Source of the DNA: Selaginella moellendorffii
Lineage: Eukaryota; Plantae; Lycopodiophyta
Reading direction: 5' to 3'
Length of the DNA stretch: 64,000 nucleotides
Assembly: GCF_000143415.4 (NCBI RefSeq)
Contig: NW_003314261.1
Span: 3,464,880-3,528,879 of the forward strand
The notes under the pieces were generated by a model. It did no database searches, was not told the DNA's origin, and worked only from the letters and a program-made list of their open reading frames with translations. Positions within the stretch are counted from its first letter, which is position 1, and each line of letters begins with the position of its first letter. A program made the position numbers and the translations under genes. This document shows, in pieces, positions 1 to 12,421 of the stretch.

Positions 1-545
1 CTTGAGCTAGAGACGCGTCGGGTTTCGCGTATGACTCCACAACAGGGAAGCCAGCGTACTCGGCTATGACGAAAAAAAAAAAAAAAAGATCATGAGAAGT
101 TCACGAGTAAAAAGAGGAGCATTTCCCGAAAAGCAAAAGGGTCTATAAAGGCAAAAGGAGAAATGCTATCGTAGCTTGAGCTTTTCTCCATGGCCGCTAT
201 GAGGCTGAGAACTTTGAAAGAAAGATTATAGACAAGAAAAACTTTGGGAGGAAAAAACGAATTTTTTTTGGAGGAAAGAACTCACTCACCGATGAAATCG
301 ATGATAACTCGGCCTTCGGTGAATCGCCCAGTGGCCTGGCCCTGGAATCCCTTGAAGCCATACGGGTAGCGATTGGCCTGGAAGTTGAAAGGCGTGGCGG
401 GCGAGTAGAAATTGGTGCCAGTGTCGACAGTGGAGTCTCCAAACACGATGATGGCTGATGGCTCGCCTCTCGCGATGCCAAGCTCTTGCAAGCCCAGCGC
501 CAAGAGGCAAAGCCAAGCAGCGCCAATCCAATGCCTCCTCGCCAT
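1..545 (-). CDS. GDSL esterase/lipase, 5' part (runs off the window start)
   Basis: ATG at 545, hydrophobic signal peptide, block I IIVFGDSTVDTG, then YPYG and TGRFTEGRVIIDFI. GT-AG intron 289-64, followed by AEYAGFP. Confidence 0.93.
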
Positions 546-744
546 GGACGAAGGAAGAAAAATAGAAAAATTCTTAAAGCGATAGTAGAAAATAGAGGCA
601 CGGTTCATTCAAAAAAATGGGACAAAAAACAAATCCTAGCGGAGGAGACGAGATGCCGCTTCACAATCACAAGTGGCCCTCGAAGAAATAGATTTGGGGG
701 AAAATTACGAGAAGTTACCGCTTTAGACACCTTAAGTGATGATC

Positions 745-3434
745 TTACGATGAACTCCGGCATGAGCAATAGATTTCGGTTCTCATCGCGTCGATGGCTG
801 CGTGATCCTGCGTGTATCGCTCAGGCCCCAGATACACGCCACACTTTTCCAGCAGCGCCACGGACGCCGGCTTCCCAAAGCAGGAAGCGTAGAGATTGAG
901 ATACTCCAAGTCCTGTCACCATCAAAAAAACGAAGCTTGATTGCCTTTTTTTCTTTCGTGAACTTTGTACCTGGAGTCCACTTAGAACTCTTTCGAGGCG
1001 TACTGAAGAAACCGGCTCACTGCTGCCTGGGGTGAAAACTTCCCCGGGATAGAACAAAACGCCATCTCCGGGAGGCAAGCCCCGACGGAAACGTATCTGG
1101 AGGAAGACAAAGCACACTTTTTATGGTCAGGCACTGAAAGATGATGCTCTACAAACCTCAGCAGCAGGACAGAGTGATTTCTCGTAGCAATTCGTACCCC
1201 AGTAAAGGAATCCCGAGCCTCCTTCTTTCCACGCTCGCCAGAGAACCCCACGGTGTTGCGTACCTCGCATTCCAAGGTGCCAGTTTGGGTGAGGATCAGA
1301 CGGCCCCATACAAACGTAAGTCCACCATTCCTGAAGACAAGTACAGTGTTTCTATTGAACTCAAGTACGCAGTCAAGACTTTACCTCGCGTTGATCGGGT
1401 TGCAATTCCGCTACGATTTCTTTGACCAGGTCCTCGCGACCTCCCAACACCCATTCACTGCGAGACAAAGCATGGATCTTTTTAATGTGTAAAACGTGAA
1501 ACATTGCTACCTCGTGCAAAATATTTGCGTATGAGGCCGTAGAAACGATGGAACTTTTATAAACGCCTCAAAACTCCCAGGTGGATATTGCACGTCGCTT
1601 GGACCTGGTAAAACAGATGCTCGAATCAGTAGAAGACTAGGAAACCAAATACCAGAATAATAAGTCGTTAAAATTCGAGAGTTTGGCGCAATTGACCTGA
1701 TCTCTTCTGACATTGTTCGGATAAAATCGTATTGGTCCGAGCTCAAAGGCTGCCAAAAAAGTGGCCAGTACAAACGTCAACCCACAGTTGTTCGTTACAA
1801 TACCTCGTCCCACAAATAAAAATATGACTTCCGCCAGTGCTCTTTTGTGCTTAGAATTTCGATCTCCCTTGTCACGAGATCCTTGACTGCATTGGAGCTG
1901 TCACATAGCGTAGCACCTCACAAAGGCATAAACATCGTTAGGCTTACTTGGAAAGAACAGGAGCATAAGGAACAGCATAGGCTGCAAGCCTTGGATCCGA
2001 ATAGTATTCCTCTGCCTTGACATGGTCAGCTGGAGAATCAACACAAAAAACGTAAGTGAAACACAACGTAACCCACTAGTACCTGGCCAGGGACACGTAT
2101 AAGCTAGTATACGCATGTTATCACCCCATCTACAAAAATACGGGCTGATTCTGAACTGCAGCAGCCACTGGTAATGCCTATCTAAAGCATTATACCAGCC
2201 ACTACTCCCATGCTCCACATTAAAGCGGTCTTCAATCACAGTTTCAGAGACCTGGCAATAGATACAAGCTGTAAAGCCTTGAGCAGAAAGGTTCTAAACG
2301 TACCCCAAAAACAGCGGGAAGCGTTGGCGTAACAGGTAGAACAAAGTCCCAGACCGTGATACTGATCTTCAGTTTCAGGGAAAGAGATTCTTCATCTATC
2401 TCCATCTTTCCATTATGCGCAAGCGCCGGGTGGTCAAGCAGGTGTTGCAAGTCCTGTCTTACTTCTTCAAGCAATTCCATCTAGACAAAAGCGATTACTT
2501 GGACAGCAGTTCAAGAGAGATCTTGTACCGGATTCTGTCTTGTATCGTCCATTTTAGCAGCCACATTTTCGACCATCTTCCTGAGCTCCAACTTGTCGCC
2601 TTCGTCGACAGAGAACCTACACAGGAACGAGCAAATTAGACACTCGTTGCAGACTTCTAATCGCAACCATGCTACTGACCAACAATGAGATTGAGAGAAT
2701 TACTCTGCATCCGCCTTGACGGCACTAAAGGTCATCTCGCCTTCGTACACTCCTGGAGTTTGCGACGACGGAACATGCACAGACAACCACAGAGCAGATG
2801 TTTCCCTGTTTAATTCAAACCACGGAGAGTAGAAAACTAGGAGAGAAAAATTGGCAGCCTCACTTACCCAGGCAAAAGCGAAACTTGACAAGTTGGCATG
2901 CTCACCGGGACGAGAGCATCAGGCACTCCAAGTATAGGAACAACTCGCCGCAAGGAAACGCTCTCCAGCCTAGAAGAACGCTTGAGAATCACCACACGAA
3001 AGTAGCTCGATAGCCCACCGATCTCCAGAAGCCGAGACAAAATCTCTGCAGTGCACTTGAACGTGACCGACAGCACCACCGCAAGCCCAAGAGATTTTCG
3101 GGCGAAGAGCGATTTGAGCGCTCTCCCGCTCGTTCCTCGCAATCAATAAATTTAACTGCGAACAAGCAAAGCGATCCAATTTTCTTTGCGATCGATCCAA
3201 ATTGCTGCGCTCAATCGATCCACTGACCTGATCTAGCGCCCGCGGGGGCTCCTGGTGCCCCACCGTGGCCGTGCTCGGCATGCACCACACGCTGAAGAGA
3301 TCGGACGCCGGATTCTTGGCGATGTCCACGGATCCAGGGCGAGAGACGGCGATGCCGCAATCGCCCCAGCCGTAGCCAGTCCCTCCGCCCGACAGTCCCT
3401 CCACTGGAGGCGCTCCAAGATCGGCATTGCTCAT
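745..3434 (-). CDS. DUF4091 / glycoside hydrolase family 123-like protein (multi-exon)
   Basis: Spliced peptides PPVEGLSGGGTGYGW, ARNERESAQIALR, GVPDALVP, LLQFRISPYFCRWG, YFYLWDE|PL, GFLYWG, PPGDGVLFYPG, SVRLER and YLGPERYT. Stop TAA at 745-747. Confidence 0.85.
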
Positions 3435-3664
3435 GCTTTGCAAACCCTTCTGAGATTTTAGGGTTCTTGGGCTCTTTTAAAAATTTTAACTTAAAGGTGT
3501 AAAGTTAGGTTTTGCACATTTTATAAAATTGTAAAAGTTATAAAGTTATAAAATTACCTCTAACATCCACCACCAGAGAACAAATGATAGAAGAAACACA
3601 TACAACCAAATGATCCAAACCTATTGCAGAAAGCTTATTGACCGCGAAACTTTAGGGCAAAACC

Positions 3665-4755
3665 ATGGGGGACGAGGATTCCTTCTTCCAGATTTTGGAG
3701 CGCCTTGGGCTCGATCGGGCCATCCCACTGCTCCTGGCCTGCAAATCCTGGTACGATCTGGTAGCGCGCTTCCTGTCAAGGAATCGAAGCCCTCTGGTCT
3801 TCATCACTCGCAGCATCGATCCGGCGCCTAGATTGAGGATCTGGGCTCCTTTCTCCGCCCAAAAGTCTCGCCCGGTGAAGCTCTCGCACTTCCCATTCCC
3901 GCACGAATCCGGCGAGAACGGGCTCTAATTCTCCACCGCGCACGGCCTGGTGTGCGCTTGCCTATGGTTCAAGCCCTTCAATGGATTCTTCCTGGGGAAT
4001 CCGATCACGAACAAGTGGAAGCGCATCCCCGGGCGGGGCACCGCCGCCACATCGAGCTCCTCCTGGCTAGAGTGGGAGCTAGAAAGCCTGGAGATGGACG
4101 CGAGCACGGGAGCTTACTCGGTGGCGATCGTCCGTGGGCGATGGAGCGAAGGATTCATCGGCCACGCATTGCAGTACAGCTTGGGCGAGAGACGGTGGCG
4201 GAAGGGTGCGTGCCTAGGCGGCCGCGAGCTAGCGGAGAAGCAGAAGCTCCACTTCTCGCCCGGCTATGCGCGCGTCGGGGACTTCGAAGGTTCTACGATC
4301 ATAGGCTTCTGGGGTGGACGCGGTGGAAGGCTGCGAGAGGGATCACGCCCACCGATCGGATCATCCAGGGGTTCTCCTACAGAGGCAGCAGGGTCTTGGC
4401 GACGTCGCTGGAGAGCTCGAGTGGCGGCCATGGTTATGGCGTGTGGATGCTCGATGGGAATCGAGAGAGATGGCTGCTCGTGTCGGAGGCCTGGACGGAA
4501 GATCTGTATGGGAAGAGGTGGCCAAAGCTGTCCTTTGCGAGATCTTCCGGGTTCCTGCTGGGCGATGTGATCGTCATGAGCTGCTTTGCGTGGCCTCCGG
4601 TTGCGTTTCATATCGGGAGGAGGACGTGGGATTGCTGCGTTGCGGCGGAAGAACTCGATCGCGAGGTTGTGATAACTTCCCCGCTGGAGAAGGATCACTG
4701 GCACAATCCGTTTTGCAGCTATGCTTTTCTGCCCAGTTTGACCGCTGGGCCGTGA
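3665..4755 (+). pseudogene. F-box protein pseudogene (intronless)
   Basis: F-box-like start (FFQILERLG...LACKSWYDLV). In-frame TAA at 3926-3928 is followed in the same frame by HGLVC...GNPITNKWKRIP. A frameshift near 4290 moves into the frame ending AFLPSLTAGP*. Confidence 0.7.
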
Positions 4756-4797
4756 TCTGCGAAGATGAAAAATCATAGCAATTGAAGTAACAAACTT

Positions 4798-6870
4798 CTA
4801 GGATGACAGAGGCCGCGTTACTCTCTGGAGAGCTTCGCTTATATCTTGCTCGCTTGCTCTCGGCAAATCTTTCGCCTGTAAAAGAGAGAAACCATTGGCG
4901 TGGTAAAAGAGAAAACTTTGAAAGCTTGCAAACTCACCTCTGCCTTGAGGCTGGCACAAAACGTTCGTTGGTCGGGTGTCCGTGCTTCGACCGTGGAGAC
5001 GTCGAGGTTGAGCTTGTCCAGGGCCGCGAGGATGTCCAGAAGGATTCCTTGCCGGAAGGAGCACTCGATTTCGAGAGCTGTGAAGTCGTCTTGCATCTGG
5101 ATCTCGGCTTTGTAGCTGGAGCTGTCCGGTCCCAGCTTGTAAGTTGTGGACATTGGAAAGCTATCCTCTGGCTCCATGTCCACTGCCATGTCCTGCGGCG
5201 CTGGCTTCTCTTGCGGATGATCCTGTGGAGGACTGCTTTGAGCTTTCTCGGCTTCAACAGGTACGTCCTGTCCTCTGAGCCTTGCCTCGAGAACTTTGTT
5301 CCGTTGCTCGAGATCAGCGACTTGCCTTTGCAGCTGCCTCAGGTACTCAATCGCGTCTCCCAAGATCGACACCTTGTCCATCTACACTACAAGCAAAGCC
5401 TCCACGTTTGCAATGAAAGTACAAGCAGAAGAAAACAATTAGCTTACCTTGGTGACAAAAGGAACCATGTTTCGCAGCATCAAAAATCTGTCGTTGAGCT
5501 TCTCCCTTCTCCTGCGCTCCAGCATCGCGTGAGCGGTGTTGACATCGTCCTCCTTTCTTGACACTGATTTCGACTGACTATCTCCTCCACTGTCGTTCAT
5601 TTTGGCAGCCTCCGACTTTTCAGCTGCTGTGTACATGTGAGGAACCCGGAAGAGTACGTTTTTAAGCATTGCCTGGCATTGGCTTTTCACTTGGCTCGAT
5701 GATATTGAAGCCTGTCTTTGAAACTCTTTCCAGCTCTGGAAAGCACTGCATCTCTCCATTTTCTGTCGTTGCCTAGGCTGCTCGCTGGAAGGACCATCCT
5801 GTGAGGAGGGGCGAAGGTCTTGGTGTCCATTCTCACCGCTTTGAGAGCTCGAGATGGACGGCTCCGAAACAGTTGGCTTTGCAAGCTCAACAAAGAAGCT
5901 GACAACGTGTTGTACAATGGACGTATCCTCTCGGACCTGTAACGTAAATCCTTCTGAGCGCCTAATTACAGAAAACGAAAGGAGCACGACAAACTTACAA
6001 GCTCAGTCGAGCCAAGCTCCAAAACACCCTCGGCCATGGGAATGCACACAACTGTCTGCAAACTAGCAGTTCAGGACTTGATTGACAAACGACAAGGACG
6101 TCGGAAATCATTCTTACCTGAATGCACGCAGTCTGGAGCCTCCTCCAATTTGGATATGAAAACAAGACAAAGTCAGGCGTGTGTCCTCTCATGAGCAACA
6201 AGTATTTATACCTTTGCCAGTAACGCTCTCGAGAAAACCTTGGTAGTCGCTTCATTAGCTTTGCAAAGCCAGACAGGACGTCCTTTCGAGAAAGCTTGTC
6301 CAGGTATTCTACACAAAGAAAATTAAAGTAAGTCTCTAGAGAAGCTATGGTTTCTTTCTAAAGTTCTTTCTTACCCGGTGCCTGGATCAAACGTACACGA
6401 CATGCAAACCAAGTAGAACCACTCGGTGTCCGTCAAGTCTTCGGGCGAGAGCGCAGCAGTCGGGCGCCGGGTGGCTGTCGAGGACTGGCTACCATCTCCG
6501 GACGCTGACAAGTTCTCAAACAGTTCTCGCAGCTGGTCACTTCTCTGTAGGCCGTGTTCTTCCGGGCTCCGTTCTCTGGAAACTATGATCGTCTTCCTCG
6601 TTTTCACACTCCCGTTGTAGTATCCATCCGACCAAACAAGCTCCCTGTGATCATGCAAACTTTCCCAATGAGGTTCGTGATCCACAAAAGGTATAAGAAA
6701 AGAGAGTGATAGTCTAGCCATAAGGACAAAGAGTTTCTTTACCCTTGTGGAGGTGGACATGGCTTCCAGAAAACAGCATAAGTCCATTGTATACTCTGTA
6801 CTGCCGCTTGTAGCCTTTGTCTCAGTGTTATCCTCGACTTCTCTCCCATTTCCTTCCTTTTAACAGCCAT
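4798..6870 (-). CDS. bHLH transcription factor, subgroup IIIf (TT8/GL3/R-like), with N-terminal MYB-interaction region and C-terminal ACT-like domain
   Basis: ATG 6870: LQAAVQSIQWTYAVFW, LVWSDGYYNGSVKTRK, LQRSDQLRELF, ALSPEDLTDTEWFYL, VFSRALLAK, TVVCIP..GVLELG. bHLH HAMLERRRREKLNDRF..LR..VP..TKMDKVSILGDAIEY. Confidence 0.93.
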
Positions 6871-7916
6871 TCACAGGCCCTGGAATCGATCCAAGAGAAA
6901 AATTTCACCAAATCAAAGGAAAAAATGTAGCAAGGAATTCTCCTGTACCTCCACAGGAAAATCCAAGCGCGGCGCTACAGGCGAGTAATTCTGGAGCATA
7001 GAATTCCCCCCTTGGATCAATCCCCCTCTCGAAACGCTACAGACCTCGCGAATTGCGATCCAGCGCAATATTCCTTGCCGCGCACGCCAATCCTGCCGAG
7101 AATCGCCGATCAGATCGCCTCCAGCTTCCCTATAAGCGCCCCCCACGCGCCATCCATGGCCGTCTGGATTCCCCGAGCATCCATTCCGACGCATCCAAAA
7201 TCACACATCCCATCCACAGTGTTTTGTTCGTGTGTGAGCGAAGGACCGCCCAGTGTAAAGAGGCTTTGACGAAGGACTGGCCACTTGCCGTCAATGTTGA
7301 AGCATCCGACGGCCCCGGTGGCCCGGATCCGACGGCTGCCCGACGAACAACCCGGGAAGCTTCTCGTTGGGAGATTTTGGCAATGTGGCCGGCCATCTTT
7401 TCGTGAACGTGTTTTATTTTGGGTGTTAATTCTATGGTCTTTGGGTAGGTAGTGGTGTTTGTTGCCCTCTCTTCCAACCAAGAGAAAAGGTAGAAAAAGA
7501 ACGAATTAATAGAAAATTAAGCAAAGTACAGGTGAAAATGGACGTTTGGAATTTTCAATACAAGTTGACTTTAATAGGTATGGTATAGAACAAAGGTTGT
7601 TATCGGTGATATCATCCGATTGATACCATTGTTCCCTGCCAACCATTTGGAAATTTCCTCACCAATTTGCTCCGGGCTTACGCACGCTGCTGCGACATTT
7701 CCCATGAAGGAAAAGAGTGCGCTAAAGATTCGGAAATCTGAAAATATGCATGTATGCTCATATTGTCTTCAGTCTTAGAAGATACCGCAAAATGCCCGGA
7801 ATGGGCATTGAGATATGATGTTAAGTCCACTTCTCGAGTCTCTTCTTTTGAGCTGTCGCCTTGTCGTCTGTAAGTTTGCACTTGAGATCGAAGGTTTGCC
7901 AGCGTTGAACTCATTG

Positions 7917-9729
7917 TCACAAGAGGCTTATGCTCGAAACGACGAGGTTCTTGTCCACGAGCTCAAAGGTGTACTTCATTATGCGCGGGTCCAGAGCTGT
8001 CGTCTCGAATAGCCAACACAGCCTCTGTGTTCCGAGCCCTGGGGTGTTTCGCTTGTAAATCTCGTCGAATTTGTTTTTGATGTATCTGGAAAGCCGGCCG
8101 GGGTCTCAAAAATCCGTAACGAGAAAACAGTTAAGTAAAGCTTACTGAAGGGCGTGAGAGATTTTCCTTTCTTGGTCGCCTTGAACTTCATTGTAGTCTC
8201 GAAACACCTCGCAAACATTCAGGGGCACCTGCGTAAGGCCTCGGTTGAGTTACTTTCAGTGAAAGCTTAGAACTCACCGAAAGTACTTTCTTCCGAAATA
8301 TGTCGTATTTGTTTAGAAATACAAGAAACGATGTTTTCTGCAAAGAGGAGGAGATGACGCAACAAAAACACAAAAATGCTTTTAGACAAGTACCTCAAAA
8401 CTTGGATGCCGAAGGACCGACTCAAAAAGCTCCATCGTTTCAACCATCCGGTTCTTCCCCTCGTCTTCGAAGAGATTCTGATCATATCTGCGAATTGTAT
8501 TCAGTGAAAGACTGCTTTGGCAGTAGAATTTTAAGTACCCACTCGCTCAATGCAGCGCAGAAGATGACGGCCTTAACCCCGTCGAACAAGTGAAGCCACT
8601 TTCTACGTTCGTTTCTCTGGCCTCCCACGTCAAAGACTCTATAGGTGTGTCCGTCGTGCCTGAAAACCAGTATTTCAGTTAACAAGCAACCAAACATATG
8701 TTCTCGAGACTTTACTTGAACACTACATCAGCAATTCCGGTTGTCCGCACTCTAGCATGGAGTATGTCTTCCTGAATGAACACTCGCTTCAGAATAGAAC
8801 AAGAAATGGAAAATGGAAACGCATGCCTCTGTTGGTATGTAGTCAGGTTTTGCTAGCCTGTCCACGCCGCTAAGAAAATATTCTGTACAGTCAGGGAGTT
8901 GCAATTCGTTCGCTTTTCGATAAGTTGCCTGTAGAAAACCATTTTTTTTATAAAAAAAAATAAAAAAATTGCATAAGAAACTGTACCTGAATTGCAGGAT
9001 CACTCCAAATCTGTGCAATTAGATCACTTTCTAGTAAACCTATGGGATGGTAATCCACTCCGTCACCAATTTCCGCGATTCTCTTTCCATGCTCCTAGAA
9101 CACTCAGATAAAATTCCAAACTGGAGTAAGGTAATCAGGCAGACCATGTTTTCCCGCCTCATCGTGTACTCTCCTGAAACATCCTTCTTCTGCAGATCCA
9201 AGCATCCTTCGTAGAGAATCTACACGAGTGATTCCTATCAAAAATCTTGAAGAAAATGCCCAACAATCAATCAGGACAGTGCTAGCTACCTTAATTGCCT
9301 GATACACATTCGCGTGTATGACAGGAGTGTAGTTCTTCAGCTCTTCAACACCAAATCCCGTATTGTACAGCAACTTAATCTGCACGAGCAGAAGAAAACT
9401 AAGAAAACTTCCAAGTTCTCAGGTTAAAGCCGTTCTAGCAGATGGCACGAACCTGTTTAAAGATGGTTGATTTCCCCGACTCCCCAGAACCTGAGAGATC
9501 CAAAACTTATTTCCTGGTCTACAAAAGAGAGCAGAAGTCCACACATACCGAGGAGGAGGAGCTTATACACGTTTTTCTCGATTCGATCCTCTTGCTTGAG
9601 CTGCCGGGTTAATTCACGTTCCTACGTCAAACAAAGCCCACGTTACAAAGGAAAAACTATGGTATCTAATACCCGCTCTTCGTCCTCCTCTTGTGCTACT
9701 GGTTGGCCTTTGCTACACAGCGACCCCAT
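7917..9729 (-). CDS. GPA1: Heterotrimeric G-protein alpha subunit (canonical Gα)
   Basis: MGSLCS lipidation motif, G1 [19 protein letters not shown]2 RVRTTG, G3 [13 protein letters not shown]4 FLNKYD, G5 TTALD. Stop TGA at 7917-7919. Confidence 0.95.
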
Positions 9730-10227
9730 CCGCGCAGCTATGGCTAGATTCCAAACATCTATTCGCCCAAGCCCTGCAAAGTTCCAGCCAATCGATCGAT
9801 CAGAGACACGCTATCCTGTAGCTCCGAATAGAAAGCAAGATTTAGCCGCCAGATGCTCTCCCCAGCTCGATCGCCAATGCCTGGATTTTCATCGCGCGCA
9901 GCGAGCGAGAGGGAAAATGCTGGCCGGATAGATCGAAAGAAACAGAGCCAGACCTGGAATAGTCGGTGGCAACCAAGCGCTGCGCACGAAGCCCGCCAGG
10001 AGCGCCAAGAAATAACCTAAACAAACCTATACGCGAAAGAGGAAATTGCGGGGCGTCGCATGAACAAGTCCGCCTCCATAGCCGAGTACGGACTGGAAAA
10101 CAAAAATCGGCGCGTACGGACATCCAGTCAAGGTCAAACTGCCGGTAAAAGTATTTAACACAACAGTACGTTGGTTTTTATAAGTAATCCAGTTTAATAT
10201 AAACACTGTCTCGTTCGTCTCCCTGCT

Positions 10228-11211
10228 TTAATGGATGGCTTTGATCATCGTCTCGCCATCGCTAACCTTGAGCTCCGAAGGAACCTTTTCCACCTTGAGG
10301 ACTTTCACCACACCATCGTCCACAAATGCTGACCACCTGCGTAGTTTATTTCTCAAGAATGTCAAAAGCAAATACCGAAAGAGATTTCTCCACCTCTGCG
10401 AACGAAGGCCAAGCAGCGCCTTGCTCAAATCACACTCCAAGCCCAGAGATTTGTGGAAGCTACCGTCGAAATCGGCGAAGAACTGGATCTGGGAGCGTTC
10501 CAAACTCTTAGAAATAAGCGCACGTAGAGGAGGAGGAAAAAGAAAGCTAACCTTGCCTTTTGCATTCATCTTCTCGGCCCAGGCGTTGATGGTGTAGGGG
10601 TCGTTCACCGCGACGCAGATGACGGAGTCGACGCCCTTGGATTTCAGCTGCTCGACGTTCTTGGTGTAGCTGGGGACGTGACCCTTGGTGCAGACACCCG
10701 TGAACGCGCCCTGGATGGAAATGGAGTGAATTGTAAGTTACGATCTCTTTTTTCTTCTTCTTCTGTTTAGTTTTGCTTGTTTCCTCGAAGAACAACAAAG
10801 ACGAAAGAATAACTTACTGGAGTACCGAAGATGACAACACGCTTGTCCTGAAAGACAAAAAAGGGGATAAGAGAACATGAAGAGAACAGGAAACTTCTAA
10901 ATGTCTAGAGCTAGAAGACTTTGTCTAAGGGATTGATGAGATACTAGCACAAGAACTAGTGAAAGTTCATAGCAAGATTATCGTATTGCTAGCGAATGCA
11001 GAATAGCAATACTGACCTTGAAAATCTGGGAGAGCGGCGTTGTGGCGAACTGGGATTCGAGACCCTGGTCCCAGGTCCGCGCTTCCTGTAATGCGAGGTC
11101 GGAATCTAAGTCGAGGCTGGAAGAGACTGTGACGACGGACCTCGAGCGCGCGGACAATGTGGATTGGATCCGCAGCGCTCGTTGCCGCATTCCCACAAAT
11201 GCGCGCGCCAT
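10228..11211 (-). CDS. PRXIIF: Type II peroxiredoxin F, mitochondrial
   Basis: Arg/Ser-rich presequence, LQEARTWDQG, VPGAFTGVCTKGHVPSY, DSVICVAVNDPY, ALLGLRSQRWSAFVDDG. Confidence 0.92.
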
Positions 11212-11629
11212 CTTGACCTAATTTAGTCCTGGTTAGGGTAAGAGTGTTAAAATATTTTTAAACATTTTTGTTTAATTATTGTGTTTTGCTTTTTTTTAAA
11301 GTGCTATTATAAGGTTTAAGGCATGGGATTTGGATTTTGTATATAAATCAAAGTTTTCTGGCTAATAGAATATGCATATTTCTATATTCTATGTCACTTT
11401 AATTTTCCCTAAAAAATGCTTGAATTTGTGTTTTTTGTTGAGATTTAACTCTTGCATTATTATTATATACTCCCTTACATTAGTTTCTTTCTTTCTTCCT
11501 CCTTATAAACTCTTGAATTTAAATTTCTTATAAAATTACTTAGATTAGTATTTCTAAAATTAAAGGCATTTAACCCTAAGTATTCTAATATTCTTAACCA
11601 ATTGAAAAACAAAGGTATACTTTTTCATA

Positions 11630-12040
11630 AATTGTTTCTCTTTATATTTGAACTTTTATAAATTGTTTTTTGAATTAATTTTTTTTATTTCTTACAATTC
11701 ACCACACTCTTATACAAATTTATACTCTTGTGAACAAAAACTAAAAGTTGTAACTCTCTTGAGAGTCTTATTTTTTTTATTTTGCTTTATATTTAAACCT
11801 TTATAGATCATTTTTTGAGTTTTTTTTTTTCTTTTTTACAATCCATTACATTTCTTTGCAAATTTAAACCCTCGTGAATGGAAGGTGATAAATATAGTTC
11901 TCCTAAGAGATTTGCTTTCTTTGTTTCTTTTTATATTTGAATCTTTATGGATCATCTATTAAATCCTTTTTTTTATTATTTACAATCCATCACACTTTTT
12001 TATAAATTTATGCCCTCATAAATAGAAGTTGAGAATTTCA
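11630..12040. repeat. Degenerate ~145-bp AT-rich tandem repeat (3 copies, plus a partial copy near 12280)
   Basis: Recurring TTTATATTT(G/A)AA..TTTAT...TTTTTT..TACAAT.CA..ACA...AAATTTA..C.C.(G/A)T(G/A)AA units starting near 11640, 11786 and 11930. Confidence 0.6.
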
Positions 12041-12421
12041 TCCTCTTGACATCCTACCCTTCAAGATTGAGCCCAACTAGAGTAAATTAAACTTTTAAAT
12101 GTTAATCTCAATATATGGCATAATTTACTTACTCAACCAGTAAAGTTAAACTCAAAACCTTTTTAATACCAAATATAAGTTCATGAATTTATGCTTCTTA
12201 AAAGGTCAGTTAGGCTTAATATTACTCAAATCCAAGAATGCTTAACCCTAAATATTTTAACCATTTGAAAAAAAGTGACTTTCCCTTTATATTTGAAATT
12301 AATAGATAATCTATTAAGTCATTCTCTTTGATTATTTACACTCTTTGACTTTAAAGAATTAATTGATGTAGTTATTTAATATTATATGGTTGTAGAAGTA
12401 GATAGCGGTGTTCATAGCATG

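Noticed and set aside
4803-5561. Long plus-strand ORFs opposite real genes (also 14274-14972 and 16461-16961)
   Set aside because: Antisense shadows of GC-rich coding exons with no recognisable motifs.
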